A stretch of 63,419 nt of DNA, the filler included, from Reticulomyxa filosa (lineage: Eukaryota > Protista > Foraminifera): NCBI GenBank assembly GCA_000512085.1. It is 19 parts of 19 records of this genome, joined end to end, with 100 filler letters (N's around TTAATTAATTAA, not from the genome) between each part and the next. Parts side by side here need not be neighbours in the genome. Positions count along the whole stretch, not along the records: positions 36,036 to 48,433 come from ASPP01022870.1; 18 more parts are not named here. The stretch is one strand, 5' to 3'. A program made the position numbers and the translations under genes. Below, piece by piece: positions 36,969-47,065 of this stretch; positions within the stretch are counted from its first letter, which is position 1; every line of letters begins with the position of its first letter. The notes under the pieces were generated by a model. It was not told the DNA's origin and did no database searches. It saw only the letters and a program-made list of their open reading frames with translations.

Positions 36969-38313
36969 ATGACCACTCTTTGTAGTGAAAAGCGAACTTC
37001 AACACAACCAACATTGGTAATCTTCATTTCACTCTTTCAAAACGCAAACCGCTTTTTTGTAACTTTGTGATTGAATCAGACAGAAGAAGAAGAGATTCAA
37101 TTAATTATTGGACATTGGGTCCGGACACTAAATATTAAATTGGGGTGGATCCAAGATTTTGACACACTTGTTGTCAACTATGTTATGTTTTTTCATTCAA
37201 TTACAAATACGTATATATTCATAATACTATTTAACATAGGCATCTACTATCTTTATGCTTGATACGTTTCGTTCGTCATCTAAATTACTCAAAACTTTCT
37301 TTGGACATACCAAGCAAGTGTGGAGTATAGATTATTCAACATTTAATGACAGTAAATTCATTTGCTCTGGATCAGGTGATAAAACAGTTCGGGTATGGGA
37401 TTTAGAGACTAATAAACAAATTCAATCATTCCATGAATACGTAAATGATGTGTATTGTGTAAAATTTTCACCATATCATATCCATAATCATCGTCGTAAT
37501 GTCATTTGCTCTTCATCAAATAATAATACTGTTCGTTTTTTGGATGTCAAAGATAGTCAACAATTACAAGTATTCAATGGACACACTGCCTGGGTTTGTG
37601 GAATTGAATTCTCACCTTTTAATGGTAATCGATATGTGTGTTCTGGATCCGGTGACAAAACTATTCGTTTATGGGATATTGAAACATCAAAATCATTGCA
37701 TATTTTTAATAGACATACAAATGTTGTTTGGTGTGTTGACTTTTCACCATTACAAAGCAACAATAGTGATAATAATAAAAATAATAGTATTGGTGTAGTT
37801 GGTGGTAATGGGTATACAATTTGTTCTGGATCAAATGATAAAACCATTCGCATATGGGATATCGAAACAACCAAACAATTGATTACATTCATAGGACATG
37901 AACTTTTGGTAATGAGTATAAAATATGGATCAAATGAATTATTAAATACAATATTATCTGGATCTTCAGATAAAAGTGTTCGTTTATGGGATATTCGATC
38001 TGGTAAACAAATTCAAGTGTTTAATGGACATACAAATTGGGTGAATGCTGTTGAATTTTCACCATTTTTGGTAAATAATGATAATGAAGTTGGTGGTAGT
38101 TCAAATGTGATATGTTCTGGATCAAAGGACAATACAATTCGTTTCTGGGACATTCGGTCGAATAATAAAGAATTACATTTGATCAAAGAAGATGACAAGG
38201 AAGATAATGGAATATTTTGTCTTAAATTTCTACAATTAAAAAATAATAGTCGCAGTTGTTATATCAATTTGTGTTATGGCTCAAAAAAGGGTCCAATTCG
38301 TATTTGGGGATAG
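36969..38313 (+). CDS. WD40-repeat protein (lineage-expanded family), 3 exons
   Basis: Exons 36969-37016, 37080-37181 and 37240-38313 in frame; repeated GH...CSGSxDKTIRxWD units; exon 2 encodes HWVRTLNIKLGWIQDFDTLV. Confidence 0.92.
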
Positions 38314-38677
38314 TACTTTCTTATAAAAGGGCAAAATGTTGAAAAACCACACTAATATTATTCAAGTTTGGCCAAAAAGTTCATCTCATCATCCAAAACA
38401 GTTCTTTATTGAGTTTTCCATCTGCACAAGGATCTTTAAAAAAACCAGATGTGTTAGGTCTCCTTTTCCATAGGCATTATCCCATCTATCAGCTGATGTC
38501 GATAAAAGAATGCAAGTGTTTAACTCTTTTACCATTTACTTTTTCAATTAAATAGTAATAGCAGACTTATCCTTTCCTCAGAAAATTGATTGATGCGGAC
38601 AAATAATCTCTTTTCTTCTTTTCAAAGTTCAAAAGGTTATTTTGACAACACTCAATTATATTTTTAAAGTTTATGAA

Positions 38678-41600
38678 CTATCGCCCAAAGTGACTCTCAC
38701 CCAAAGTGACTCTCACCAATGGCTCAATTGTCCTTTTTGAGTCTAATTTAACAACACCATTTTCAATAGCAAAGATTATTTTGTCACAATCATATTTTGC
38801 TTTCCTAAAAATAACAGTATTGCAATCACTTCCAACTACAATCGTCTTGATATCTTCATGGCCTTTTTTAAGTGCTTGCAGGCGATCTAACAAACGAGCT
38901 GGTAATGAAATCAAATTATGTCGTTGACCAATTGTCAGACGACGTGCCAATGTCTCAATCAATGAACGCTGCTCCATTAGATTTTCAAAAAATGTTACCA
39001 ACACATTGATTGCACATGCATTTGAAAATACATTATTCAATGTTGCAATCACCGTGTCGTGGTACTCTTTCAATGTTGGGTTTTCTTCTATCATTTTGGT
39101 GTATTCTTCTTCCATTGTTCTATTGTCAATCTTTTTTTCATCATTGTTAAACAATGTGTCTTCCAGACAACGGTTTGGAGATTCTTCAACATAATTAGTT
39201 GGTGATAAATTATATTCATCTGATTCTATCTCCATAACTTTTTCTTCACACGATAATAATTCTTGTAATTCCACTTTTTTTTCTTCATTTTTGTCAGATG
39301 CGTATTTCGTGTATGATGTCTTCATTTTGATGTTTTCATAATACGTGTTTGCGATTCTACTAAGAGTAATAATCTCATGGCATTTCCAAATATCGTCTTT
39401 TGCCTCTGTGTTCCAAATTTCAGATTTTTTAAAAACTATTTCACCATGTAAACAATTTAATGCTTTTTTTGCATTGGCGTTTTTATCATTTAAAGCAATG
39501 GTTAATTTATTTAACACACTTTCTGTAACTGATCCCATTGAACTTAATACCCCTAAGAAATTTTCACGAAAAGAAATGTTAACCTTTAATTTAAAAGATA
39601 ATTGATCCACTACATTTTCTGTTCCTATAGCAGGCTCAAAACTATCAAAGATTTTGATCACTTTTCTGCAAACTCTGATATCGTCGCTGAGAATAACCAA
39701 ATAATGTAGTATATGTTCGACAACTACATCCCAGCCCATGAAATCCAATATCATTTCGGCATTTGCACAAACTTTACTATCCTTGTCAATCAAAGCGAAA
39801 ACTAAGTAATTGATCACATTTTGTATAACTTTAGATGGCTCCGTCAAACACAGCATATTGACTACAGTTAATGCCTTCAACACATCTTCTGTTGCTTCAA
39901 TTTCCCTGAATTCTCTCAACGTGCGTGTTACACTCTTACAAATCCGATTTTCTATATCCTTTAATGAAGTCGTCAATACTTCCAACACATTCGTTGTGAC
40001 GGCTTCTTTTCCCAGAACAATCAATGAAATTAAAGCATTCACACGAGTATTACAGTCCTTATTTTTCAAATCAATGATTAATGAATTCAATACAAATTCT
40101 AGTCCAGATTGTACCAGTTTTCTCAATAACTTTACCACATTTCGATAAACATACCAGTCTCTACTCTTCAAAGCATGTATTAATGACTCTAATGTATGTT
40201 GTCCTATCCTTGCTGCACTATATCGACCATTGTGATCATTACCCTCCAAAATACTTATCAATGTATCTAATACACTCCACGATCCGTTTTCTACAATAAA
40301 AATCAATATCTTTGCATATGTTCTACTATGCCAATCATCCTCCAACCTACTAATCAATGAAGTTAATACAATCTCTGGTCTTTTTTGTCCAATCAAAGTC
40401 AATATCTCTTCTGCATATTGTCTAATACACACATCATCATCCCTCAAAACAGCGATCAGTCCATTTACCACGCTCTTTCTTGCCGTAGCAGATCCAAGAA
40501 CACCTAATATCGCAACTGCATTTCGACAAAACTTTGAATTTTCGTGTTTCAAAGCAATAAGAAAATTATCGAGTATATTTTCTGTATCCACAATTGATCC
40601 CATTGAACCTATTATTTTTGCTACGTTTTTACAAATATCTTTATTCTCATCTTCCAAAGTACTGGCCAATTGACGTAATAATTTTTCGGCATCTGTAGTT
40701 GGTCTCGGCTCCTTTTCTTCTTCTTCTTCTTTACGGCCACACAGCTCTTTGGTCTTGAAAGCAATAAGTAATGCGCTCAGTACGTCCTTTGCAGATGCAA
40801 CTGTTGCCATTGAGCACAATGTCTTTGCTGCTTCTTCACGAACACTTTGATCTTCATTCCTCAATGCAAAAACCGATCGATCTAATATATCCTCTGTGAT
40901 TACTGTATGCTCTACCAAATTCATAGCTTGCACTGCATGCATGAAAACTATGATATTTTCATCTTTCAAAGCAACTTTCAATTGATTAAAAATTATACAT
41001 TTTTCATCTTCTTTGATATTATTTATCCGAATTAAGTGTTTCATAATGTCTTCTGGCTTTTCTTCTTCTTTAACAATATTTGCAATTTGTCTGTCAAATT
41101 TCTCTAAAAATCTGAACAAGTCATCTTTGCATTGTTGGGTTTGAATATTCTCAAATTGATTATGAAAGGTAATCTCAATTTGTTTAAGTAAATCGTTTTG
41201 TGGTGGATGATAACGAAGGAACAATGCCCGTGGACAGCATTGAATAATTGTCGGGAATGTTGTGTCCAAGAGTGTCACTTGTTTGAGTTGGGATTGTCCT
41301 TCTGGTAACATTAATTTTGTCAATCCTGTTGAATCAATCAATTTACATCCCTGAATATCTAATACAGACAAGCTCTTACTTTTTGTTGATATATTTTCAA
41401 TGATGGAACATCCACTAAGTTGTAATACTTCCAAAATAGGTGCATTCAATTTCAAACTAAATAAATTAATTGCACCACTGGTTTTCCATTTTTTCAAATG
41501 TGGCATTTCAATGGATATATTCACTTCTGTTAATTCTTTACAGTTGTCTGCTTCAAAGATGACCAAGCTTGTTGCCTGAAACTTGTTTAACATCGTTATA

Positions 41601-44600
41601 CCTGACTCACTTAAAGTTAATTCACATATAGATGGTAAAATCAATGATGAGGCTCCTCGTAACTGGGAACAACGTTTTGCTATTAATGTTTGTAATGTTT
41701 GGCATTGATTTGCAATCATATTTAAACCATTATCATCCATCGTTGTATCACTCATATCCAACCAACGCAAATTCTCCATCACAGAAAAGAAGTTCTTTAT
41801 TTTCATACTCAAAGTAACTCTGTCAATATTCCAAAGTTTGAAATTGAAACCGCGAAGTGATAATTCTTCAAAGGGTTTAGATTCTACAATTCGCAGTAAC
41901 GATTGTTGTCGTTTATCAGGCAATTTATTCCAATTAAAAGGAAGAAAACCACGTTCTGAATCGCCTTTCAGTATCAATGTCTGATATTCAAGTGAGAGTA
42001 GTCTTTTAAATGTTTTAAAATATCCTGATGCTACTTCGTCACAAATTTTTTCCAATTGATGATATTGATAACTCAATTGATCAAGTTCTGCCAATGCCTC
42101 AGCTGGTGTTAAATCCTTTAAATCCCAATAACTTGTTTCCAGAGTATCTTTCACTCGCATAGTGATTTTAGCACTAGATAATGTATACAATGCACGAGTA
42201 TTGGATGACAATACGCCATGTTGATTCAATTGATATCTCCCTAATCGAGCAAATCTTTCAATTGGATCTTTGTATTTCTTCAAGGTATCACTGTATGTAA
42301 AACCTGCTTTCGGGTGAAGTTGAATAAGACATTGTAATCCTGTCACATCCGGATGGCCTTGTAATAATGTTCGAAGTTTCAACCATCGACTATATACAGC
42401 AACTGCATCCCCCTTTTTTAGAGGAATTGGAACTGTGCAACTTTTGTTTGAATCACTGCGATGCCAAAGACGAATATCATCAGGTGGAAACATTTTTGCA
42501 TATATTTCATTTTGTGATTGAGTGTCTCGAAATATTGACTCCATTGTTTGTCTTACATCCAATGCCAAAAATCTTTCTCTTGCAGTTGAATTAATTTGTT
42601 GATGCATATGATCCAGACAAAACAAGATTGTTTTGATTTGCAATTGAATATTTTTTGTGTTTTTATCTGGAAGCCAATCAGGGAATAAAGCATGATCATG
42701 ATCAATACTCACTAATGTGGTCTTTTCATTATTCAAATGTTTAACGATGTAATTAGTTGGCAGACCATCTTCTGGATTGATTAATAATGCAACAAATAAC
42801 AATTCCGTGTAGTGTTGGTGATCCAATTTGTTCAATCTCTCTGGTTCTTTTTCAAACACTTCTTGCAAAGTAGGTCCATGAATGGCTTCTGAACAAAGTA
42901 CTGGAATTGTGCTACCATCAACACATTTCAAACATACCAATTCACTATGATATGTTCCATGACCTATAATTCGATGATGAAATTGTTCTATCAAATAACT
43001 CATTCCTGGCATTTCAGGCCATGCTTTAGCATAAATTGTTGGTAAATTATCAGATTGTAATTTTATTGGAATCACATTCCTTTGCCCACTACTTATTTTA
43101 TTATCTTTGAATTTTCCATTTTCATTCAATAATTGAGCAGCTACTTTATTTTTCAATGGTTTACATCCACCAATCAATGGACTGTTAAATGTGGGTTCAC
43201 CTTGTTTTGGAACTCGATCTTCCACTAATTGTTCAAGTATTGATTTCCATCTCTTTTTTTCTTCTTTCCAAAGAGTCGTTTCTCCACATCTGTCCGGAAT
43301 ACAATGTAATGCAGTCAAGACACCACTTAGAAACTTTTGAACACCTTCTTCTTCATTTTCATGATAAAACATTAAAATTTGACGGAATGCAACTCGGACA
43401 TTCATTCCATCCAATGATTGATAAATACTTTGATATACTTTTAATTCTCGATGTTTCATCACTAGTAAATCAATGAGCCGTGATAGACTTGATTTTTTAT
43501 TTGTGACATCAATACCAAGTTCTCTTTCAGCTTTTTTTAGTAGATCCATCCGTTGATTACGTACTCGCTCAAATGCAGGTCGTAATAATACAAATAATTG
43601 ACATCGACGAATTGAACATTCGGCTGCAAATGCACCTCGACTTTGTTCTCCTCGATACCATTCAACAACTGACTCATCTGCATATTTATTTTGTTGCTTT
43701 TTTTCATCTTTCCATTGTTGTATCCTTTTGTTCCATTCAAAATGGTAAGCTTCCATCTCTTGTTGACATTTTATTAACCATGCTTCACGCAATTGAGAAC
43801 GATCAATAATATTACTCAAATTTGTTCTGCCATGTGCCTCAAGTTCTGCTAGAAATGTGGCCTTTTCTTCAGGAATAACAAGTAAACCTCTACATATTCC
43901 TAATACTTCCAAACTCAAATCTGCTTGAATACAATTGACGGCCCAATTACGAACTAATGATTGATTCCAAATATTCCATTGATTCATTTTACCCATTGTA
44001 AGAATGTATCGTTGATTTTGAGCATGAACTTCAAAAATTAAACCTTCTATGTCATGAGGATCCAGGCAATAACGAGTTCTATAACACCCAATTGCTTCAT
44101 CCATTTCATTAAATCTGGCATGAACTAGCGCTTGTCCAAATAATTCGTTTCGATTAATCGTTGTGCTCTTTAAAAATAATGGATTTCCTTCCTGTTCACT
44201 CCATTGTTTTGCACTTTGATACAACGACCATACAGTTGAATACATTTGTTTCAATTGTTGTTGTTCATTGGAATTAAGACGATAAGGTTGTATTTCTGAA
44301 GAAGGAACATGTGTATTTGGTTGATATAGCCATTCGTGTGACGATTTATAATGCATTTGGGTCTGTATACGCCATTGCAATACTTGATGAATCAATTCAC
44401 GCAAGAATGACACTGTATTGTCACAAACTGCTCTCATTCTCTTCAATTCATTCAATTGTTCAATAATATGACTAATCTTAATTCTATGATATAAACTTAA
44501 TGCCAATATAATTTGCTGAGGCAATCGATACAATTGGTCCTTCACAGAAATTCCAATACGCTCTTTTTCAAATGTATCTGCTGCTTGTGACATTGGATTT

Positions 44601-45268
44601 AAAGACTCTGAAATTTGTTTGACAATTCCCAATGAAATATCTTCTCGTAAGTGATGAGGTTTTGACCAACTTCCTAAATTTAAGTTCAAATATTGATACA
44701 AAACCTCTTGATACCAACTTCCTAAATTTGTGTTTAAATATTGATTCAAAGACTCTTGATAAATGCGAAATAGTTCATCTGATCCAACTATCTTTCGATA
44801 ACTCAATAAAATTTGACGATCAAATAATTTTGAAGTACTTCTTTGAATATTAACCAAGTCAATTGGTGTGTGAAGCAAAAGATCTGAAGTACGATGTGGC
44901 ATATAAAAATGATCTGCATGTAATCCGCTGCAAATAATTTGTGGTGATTCGTTGCAATTGTCAAATAAATGCAATAACTCTTCAGGAGTCTCTCCTAATC
45001 CAATTAATGCGATTTCAAACATTGCACTTGCATTTATAAAGTATTTGCGAATTTCAAGATTATCTTCTGCAATCAAACAAGCACACTCAACATCTGAATA
45101 AGGTGTTGCTTCTTCACGTCCCAATGATCCCAATGCTAACAGTGTACATTCACAAGGAGGTTGAGGCAATCGATGGAAAACAAATTCCCAAACCATGTTC
45201 AATATTCTACACAATCCTTTTGTCATCCGTTTTGTGGATGTAATTGGAGAAGTATCTTCACTTATCAT
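38678..45268 (-). CDS. 2196-aa intronless multidomain protein: DUF294/GlnD-like nucleotidyltransferase, HEPN-like helical domain, PI3/4K/HipA-like kinase, LRRs, HEAT repeats, unknown C-terminal domain
   Basis: PPC...LGSLGREEATPYSDVE (NTase GS/DxE, about 45160-45080); WRIQTQMHY (about 44375-44350); YAKAWPEMPG, INPEDGLPTNYIV and LVSIDHDHAL (about 43040-42690); LRRs at about 41880-41260 (LRWLDMSDT, LEVLQLSGC, LSVLDIQGC); HEAT repeats at about 41000-39450 (LRNEDQSVREEAAKTL). Confidence 0.85.
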   Translation of the reverse strand: MISEDTSPITSTKRMTKGLCRILNMVWEFVFHRLPQPPCECTLLALGSLGREEATPYSDVECACLIAEDNLEIRKYFINASAMFEIALIGLGETPEELLHLFDNCNESPQIICSGLHADHFYMPHRTSDLLLHTPIDLVNIQRSTSKLFDRQILLSYRKIVGSDELFRIYQESLNQYLNTNLGSWYQEVLYQYLNLNLGSWSKPHHLREDISLGIVKQISESLNPMSQAADTFEKERIGISVKDQLYRLPQQIILALSLYHRIKISHIIEQLNELKRMRAVCDNTVSFLRELIHQVLQWRIQTQMHYKSSHEWLYQPNTHVPSSEIQPYRLNSNEQQQLKQMYSTVWSLYQSAKQWSEQEGNPLFLKSTTINRNELFGQALVHARFNEMDEAIGCYRTRYCLDPHDIEGLIFEVHAQNQRYILTMGKMNQWNIWNQSLVRNWAVNCIQADLSLEVLGICRGLLVIPEEKATFLAELEAHGRTNLSNIIDRSQLREAWLIKCQQEMEAYHFEWNKRIQQWKDEKKQQNKYADESVVEWYRGEQSRGAFAAECSIRRCQLFVLLRPAFERVRNQRMDLLKKAERELGIDVTNKKSSLSRLIDLLVMKHRELKVYQSIYQSLDGMNVRVAFRQILMFYHENEEEGVQKFLSGVLTALHCIPDRCGETTLWKEEKKRWKSILEQLVEDRVPKQGEPTFNSPLIGGCKPLKNKVAAQLLNENGKFKDNKISSGQRNVIPIKLQSDNLPTIYAKAWPEMPGMSYLIEQFHHRIIGHGTYHSELVCLKCVDGSTIPVLCSEAIHGPTLQEVFEKEPERLNKLDHQHYTELLFVALLINPEDGLPTNYIVKHLNNEKTTLVSIDHDHALFPDWLPDKNTKNIQLQIKTILFCLDHMHQQINSTARERFLALDVRQTMESIFRDTQSQNEIYAKMFPPDDIRLWHRSDSNKSCTVPIPLKKGDAVAVYSRWLKLRTLLQGHPDVTGLQCLIQLHPKAGFTYSDTLKKYKDPIERFARLGRYQLNQHGVLSSNTRALYTLSSAKITMRVKDTLETSYWDLKDLTPAEALAELDQLSYQYHQLEKICDEVASGYFKTFKRLLSLEYQTLILKGDSERGFLPFNWNKLPDKRQQSLLRIVESKPFEELSLRGFNFKLWNIDRVTLSMKIKNFFSVMENLRWLDMSDTTMDDNGLNMIANQCQTLQTLIAKRCSQLRGASSLILPSICELTLSESGITMLNKFQATSLVIFEADNCKELTEVNISIEMPHLKKWKTSGAINLFSLKLNAPILEVLQLSGCSIIENISTKSKSLSVLDIQGCKLIDSTGLTKLMLPEGQSQLKQVTLLDTTFPTIIQCCPRALFLRYHPPQNDLLKQIEITFHNQFENIQTQQCKDDLFRFLEKFDRQIANIVKEEEKPEDIMKHLIRINNIKEDEKCIIFNQLKVALKDENIIVFMHAVQAMNLVEHTVITEDILDRSVFALRNEDQSVREEAAKTLCSMATVASAKDVLSALLIAFKTKELCGRKEEEEEKEPRPTTDAEKLLRQLASTLEDENKDICKNVAKIIGSMGSIVDTENILDNFLIALKHENSKFCRNAVAILGVLGSATARKSVVNGLIAVLRDDDVCIRQYAEEILTLIGQKRPEIVLTSLISRLEDDWHSRTYAKILIFIVENGSWSVLDTLISILEGNDHNGRYSAARIGQHTLESLIHALKSRDWYVYRNVVKLLRKLVQSGLEFVLNSLIIDLKNKDCNTRVNALISLIVLGKEAVTTNVLEVLTTSLKDIENRICKSVTRTLREFREIEATEDVLKALTVVNMLCLTEPSKVIQNVINYLVFALIDKDSKVCANAEMILDFMGWDVVVEHILHYLVILSDDIRVCRKVIKIFDSFEPAIGTENVVDQLSFKLKVNISFRENFLGVLSSMGSVTESVLNKLTIALNDKNANAKKALNCLHGEIVFKKSEIWNTEAKDDIWKCHEIITLSRIANTYYENIKMKTSYTKYASDKNEEKKVELQELLSCEEKVMEIESDEYNLSPTNYVEESPNRCLEDTLFNNDEKKIDNRTMEEEYTKMIEENPTLKEYHDTVIATLNNVFSNACAINVLVTFFENLMEQRSLIETLARRLTIGQRHNLISLPARLLDRLQALKKGHEDIKTIVVGSDCNTVIFRKAKYDCDKIIFAIENGVVKLDSKRTIEPLVRVTLGESHFGR
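44665..44760. repeat. 48-bp in-frame tandem duplication inside the giant ORF
   Basis: Units 44665-44712 and 44713-44760 encode YQESLNQYLNTNLGSW / YQEVLYQYLNLNLGSW. Confidence 0.9.
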
Positions 45269-46386
45269 GCATTTTGACGTAATTTCGTCAGTAGTTTACT
45301 CCACGTTTTACACAATTCGGATGGAATTGCTTCTGAACTTGGTAATACTTGTGCCAATACTCGTATTTGTTGACTTGATGATTGCTTTTGCCAGGACAAT
45401 GCATTGACCAAATTGAAATGTTTGACTGCCATCGTACAAGCAGCTGCGGCATAACCCATTGATTGACGATAAATAGCCCTTCTTACATCTATGTTATTCA
45501 TCCAAGACGAGTGTGATAACATTGCATCACTAAGTGCTAATAAACATGCAATTGCAAGTTGGGGAACAGAATGCATAGATTGAATCACCAATGTTTCATA
45601 TTCTACACAACATAATGATAATTTTTTTGAATGATATTCAATTGCTTCGTTTTCAGATAATCGTTTGTTTGGAAAAGATAATCTAATTGTTTGAGCACGG
45701 TCGTATTTGGCTTGGAATGAAATTTTAGTATCTGAATTAAGATTATCAGGCCAATAAATTGGAGGTTGTAAATAAGGGATCAATTCAATAGATCCATGCT
45801 TTAATACTTCGTGTTCAGCACGATCACCATTAACAGTAATTGCTGATATATCTGCTTGATGTTCCAAAAGCCATACAATTGAATTCTTTTGTCCATTGCG
45901 AGATGCTTTATGCAACGCAGTGTAACCATAATTATTTCCTTTATTTATATCTAATTCTGGACATTTGTCCAATATCCATTGAAGCAATTCACATTGTCCA
46001 GTTAAGGCCACTGCATGGAAAATTGTACTTCCTTCTTCATTGGCTTCATTTATCATTCGTTTGATTGCTTCTAAACATACGTGTTCACTCAACCATTTTG
46101 TTGCTTCTTTAACATTTTTATTCCGCTGCATTCCATCTGCCCAATAAAACAATATATTTTGTTTCATTCCATCATGTGTTTGCAATAGAGATTCATCACT
46201 CTTTAATAATTCTGTGGCACAATTCCATTTTCCATAGCGCAACGAATACAAAAATAATTTCTGTAAACATGTCTTTGGATTGTTTTGCATCTTAATCCAA
46301 GCCAAAAGTTCTTTTGGCTTGTCTTGTTGCACGTATTCTTCTCCTGTTAGGGAGAGAGACGTCGGTAAGCTTGTCTCAGCCGCCAT
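45265..46386 (-). CDS. Ankyrin-repeat protein; probably the N-terminal part of the adjacent giant ORF
   Basis: GSTIFHAVALTGQ, GYTALHKASRNGQ...LLEHQADI; its TGA overlaps the next ATG (ATGA, 45268-45265). Confidence 0.85.
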   Translation of the reverse strand: MAAETSLPTSLSLTGEEYVQQDKPKELLAWIKMQNNPKTCLQKLFLYSLRYGKWNCATELLKSDESLLQTHDGMKQNILFYWADGMQRNKNVKEATKWLSEHVCLEAIKRMINEANEEGSTIFHAVALTGQCELLQWILDKCPELDINKGNNYGYTALHKASRNGQKNSIVWLLEHQADISAITVNGDRAEHEVLKHGSIELIPYLQPPIYWPDNLNSDTKISFQAKYDRAQTIRLSFPNKRLSENEAIEYHSKKLSLCCVEYETLVIQSMHSVPQLAIACLLALSDAMLSHSSWMNNIDVRRAIYRQSMGYAAAACTMAVKHFNLVNALSWQKQSSSQQIRVLAQVLPSSEAIPSELCKTWSKLLTKLRQNA

Positions 46387-46914
46387 TTTACAAACGCGCT
46401 AAAAAAGATAATAAGGAGAAATAATGATTAGCAAAAACATTCTATTTTTGATTTGATGATATCCTTTTTTTTTGGGGTGCCCAAAAACTCTTTTGTAACA
46501 TGAAAACGCGGAAATCAAATGTTATTTATTTTTTTGTTATTTCAACATTAAAACAACACGAATTGAAGTTTTTTTAGGATATTTAGAGCAGAATCTTAAA
46601 AGTTTTTTTTACACATTTTAAAATGTAATTTCTTCTCTTAATCACTTTGACGATAAATTCAACAGCAACTAATGCAGTGTTATGAAATCAGCCAACGCGG
46701 CCATATTTCAGTGGCTAATCTTGATTGTTAAATTCAATTGAGTTTTCAGCTCATTATGTGCATTATCAATGATTTTGCAATGAATGTAGTATTATTTTAT
46801 TCAAATAAGTTTTATTCAAAATGAAAAAATAGACAATGCATAACAATACAGCAGTTTTATTTGATATCAAATTTTTTTGAATTTTTATTTTTTCGAAAAG
46901 TCAAAATTTTAAAT

Positions 46915-47065
46915 GACTGTCATGTTCAAGAAATAATACCATTCGATTGTATAATGTAAAGTCAGTATATGAAACAAAGATTAGAAGGACATTACAGTGA
47001 TGTGAATGGAATGGATGTTTCACCAAATAGTAACACAATTGTGTCGTGATAATACAATAGGATAC
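46915..47065 (+). pseudogene. WD40 remnant
   Basis: SCSRNNTIRLYNV and LEGHYSDVNGMDVSPNSNTIVS with frameshift/stop. Confidence 0.6.

Noticed and set aside
38678-46386. Whole region as a bacterial endosymbiont contig or operon
   Set aside because: The same contig carries an intron-containing host-family WD40 gene and WD40 debris; not accepted unless chimerism is shown
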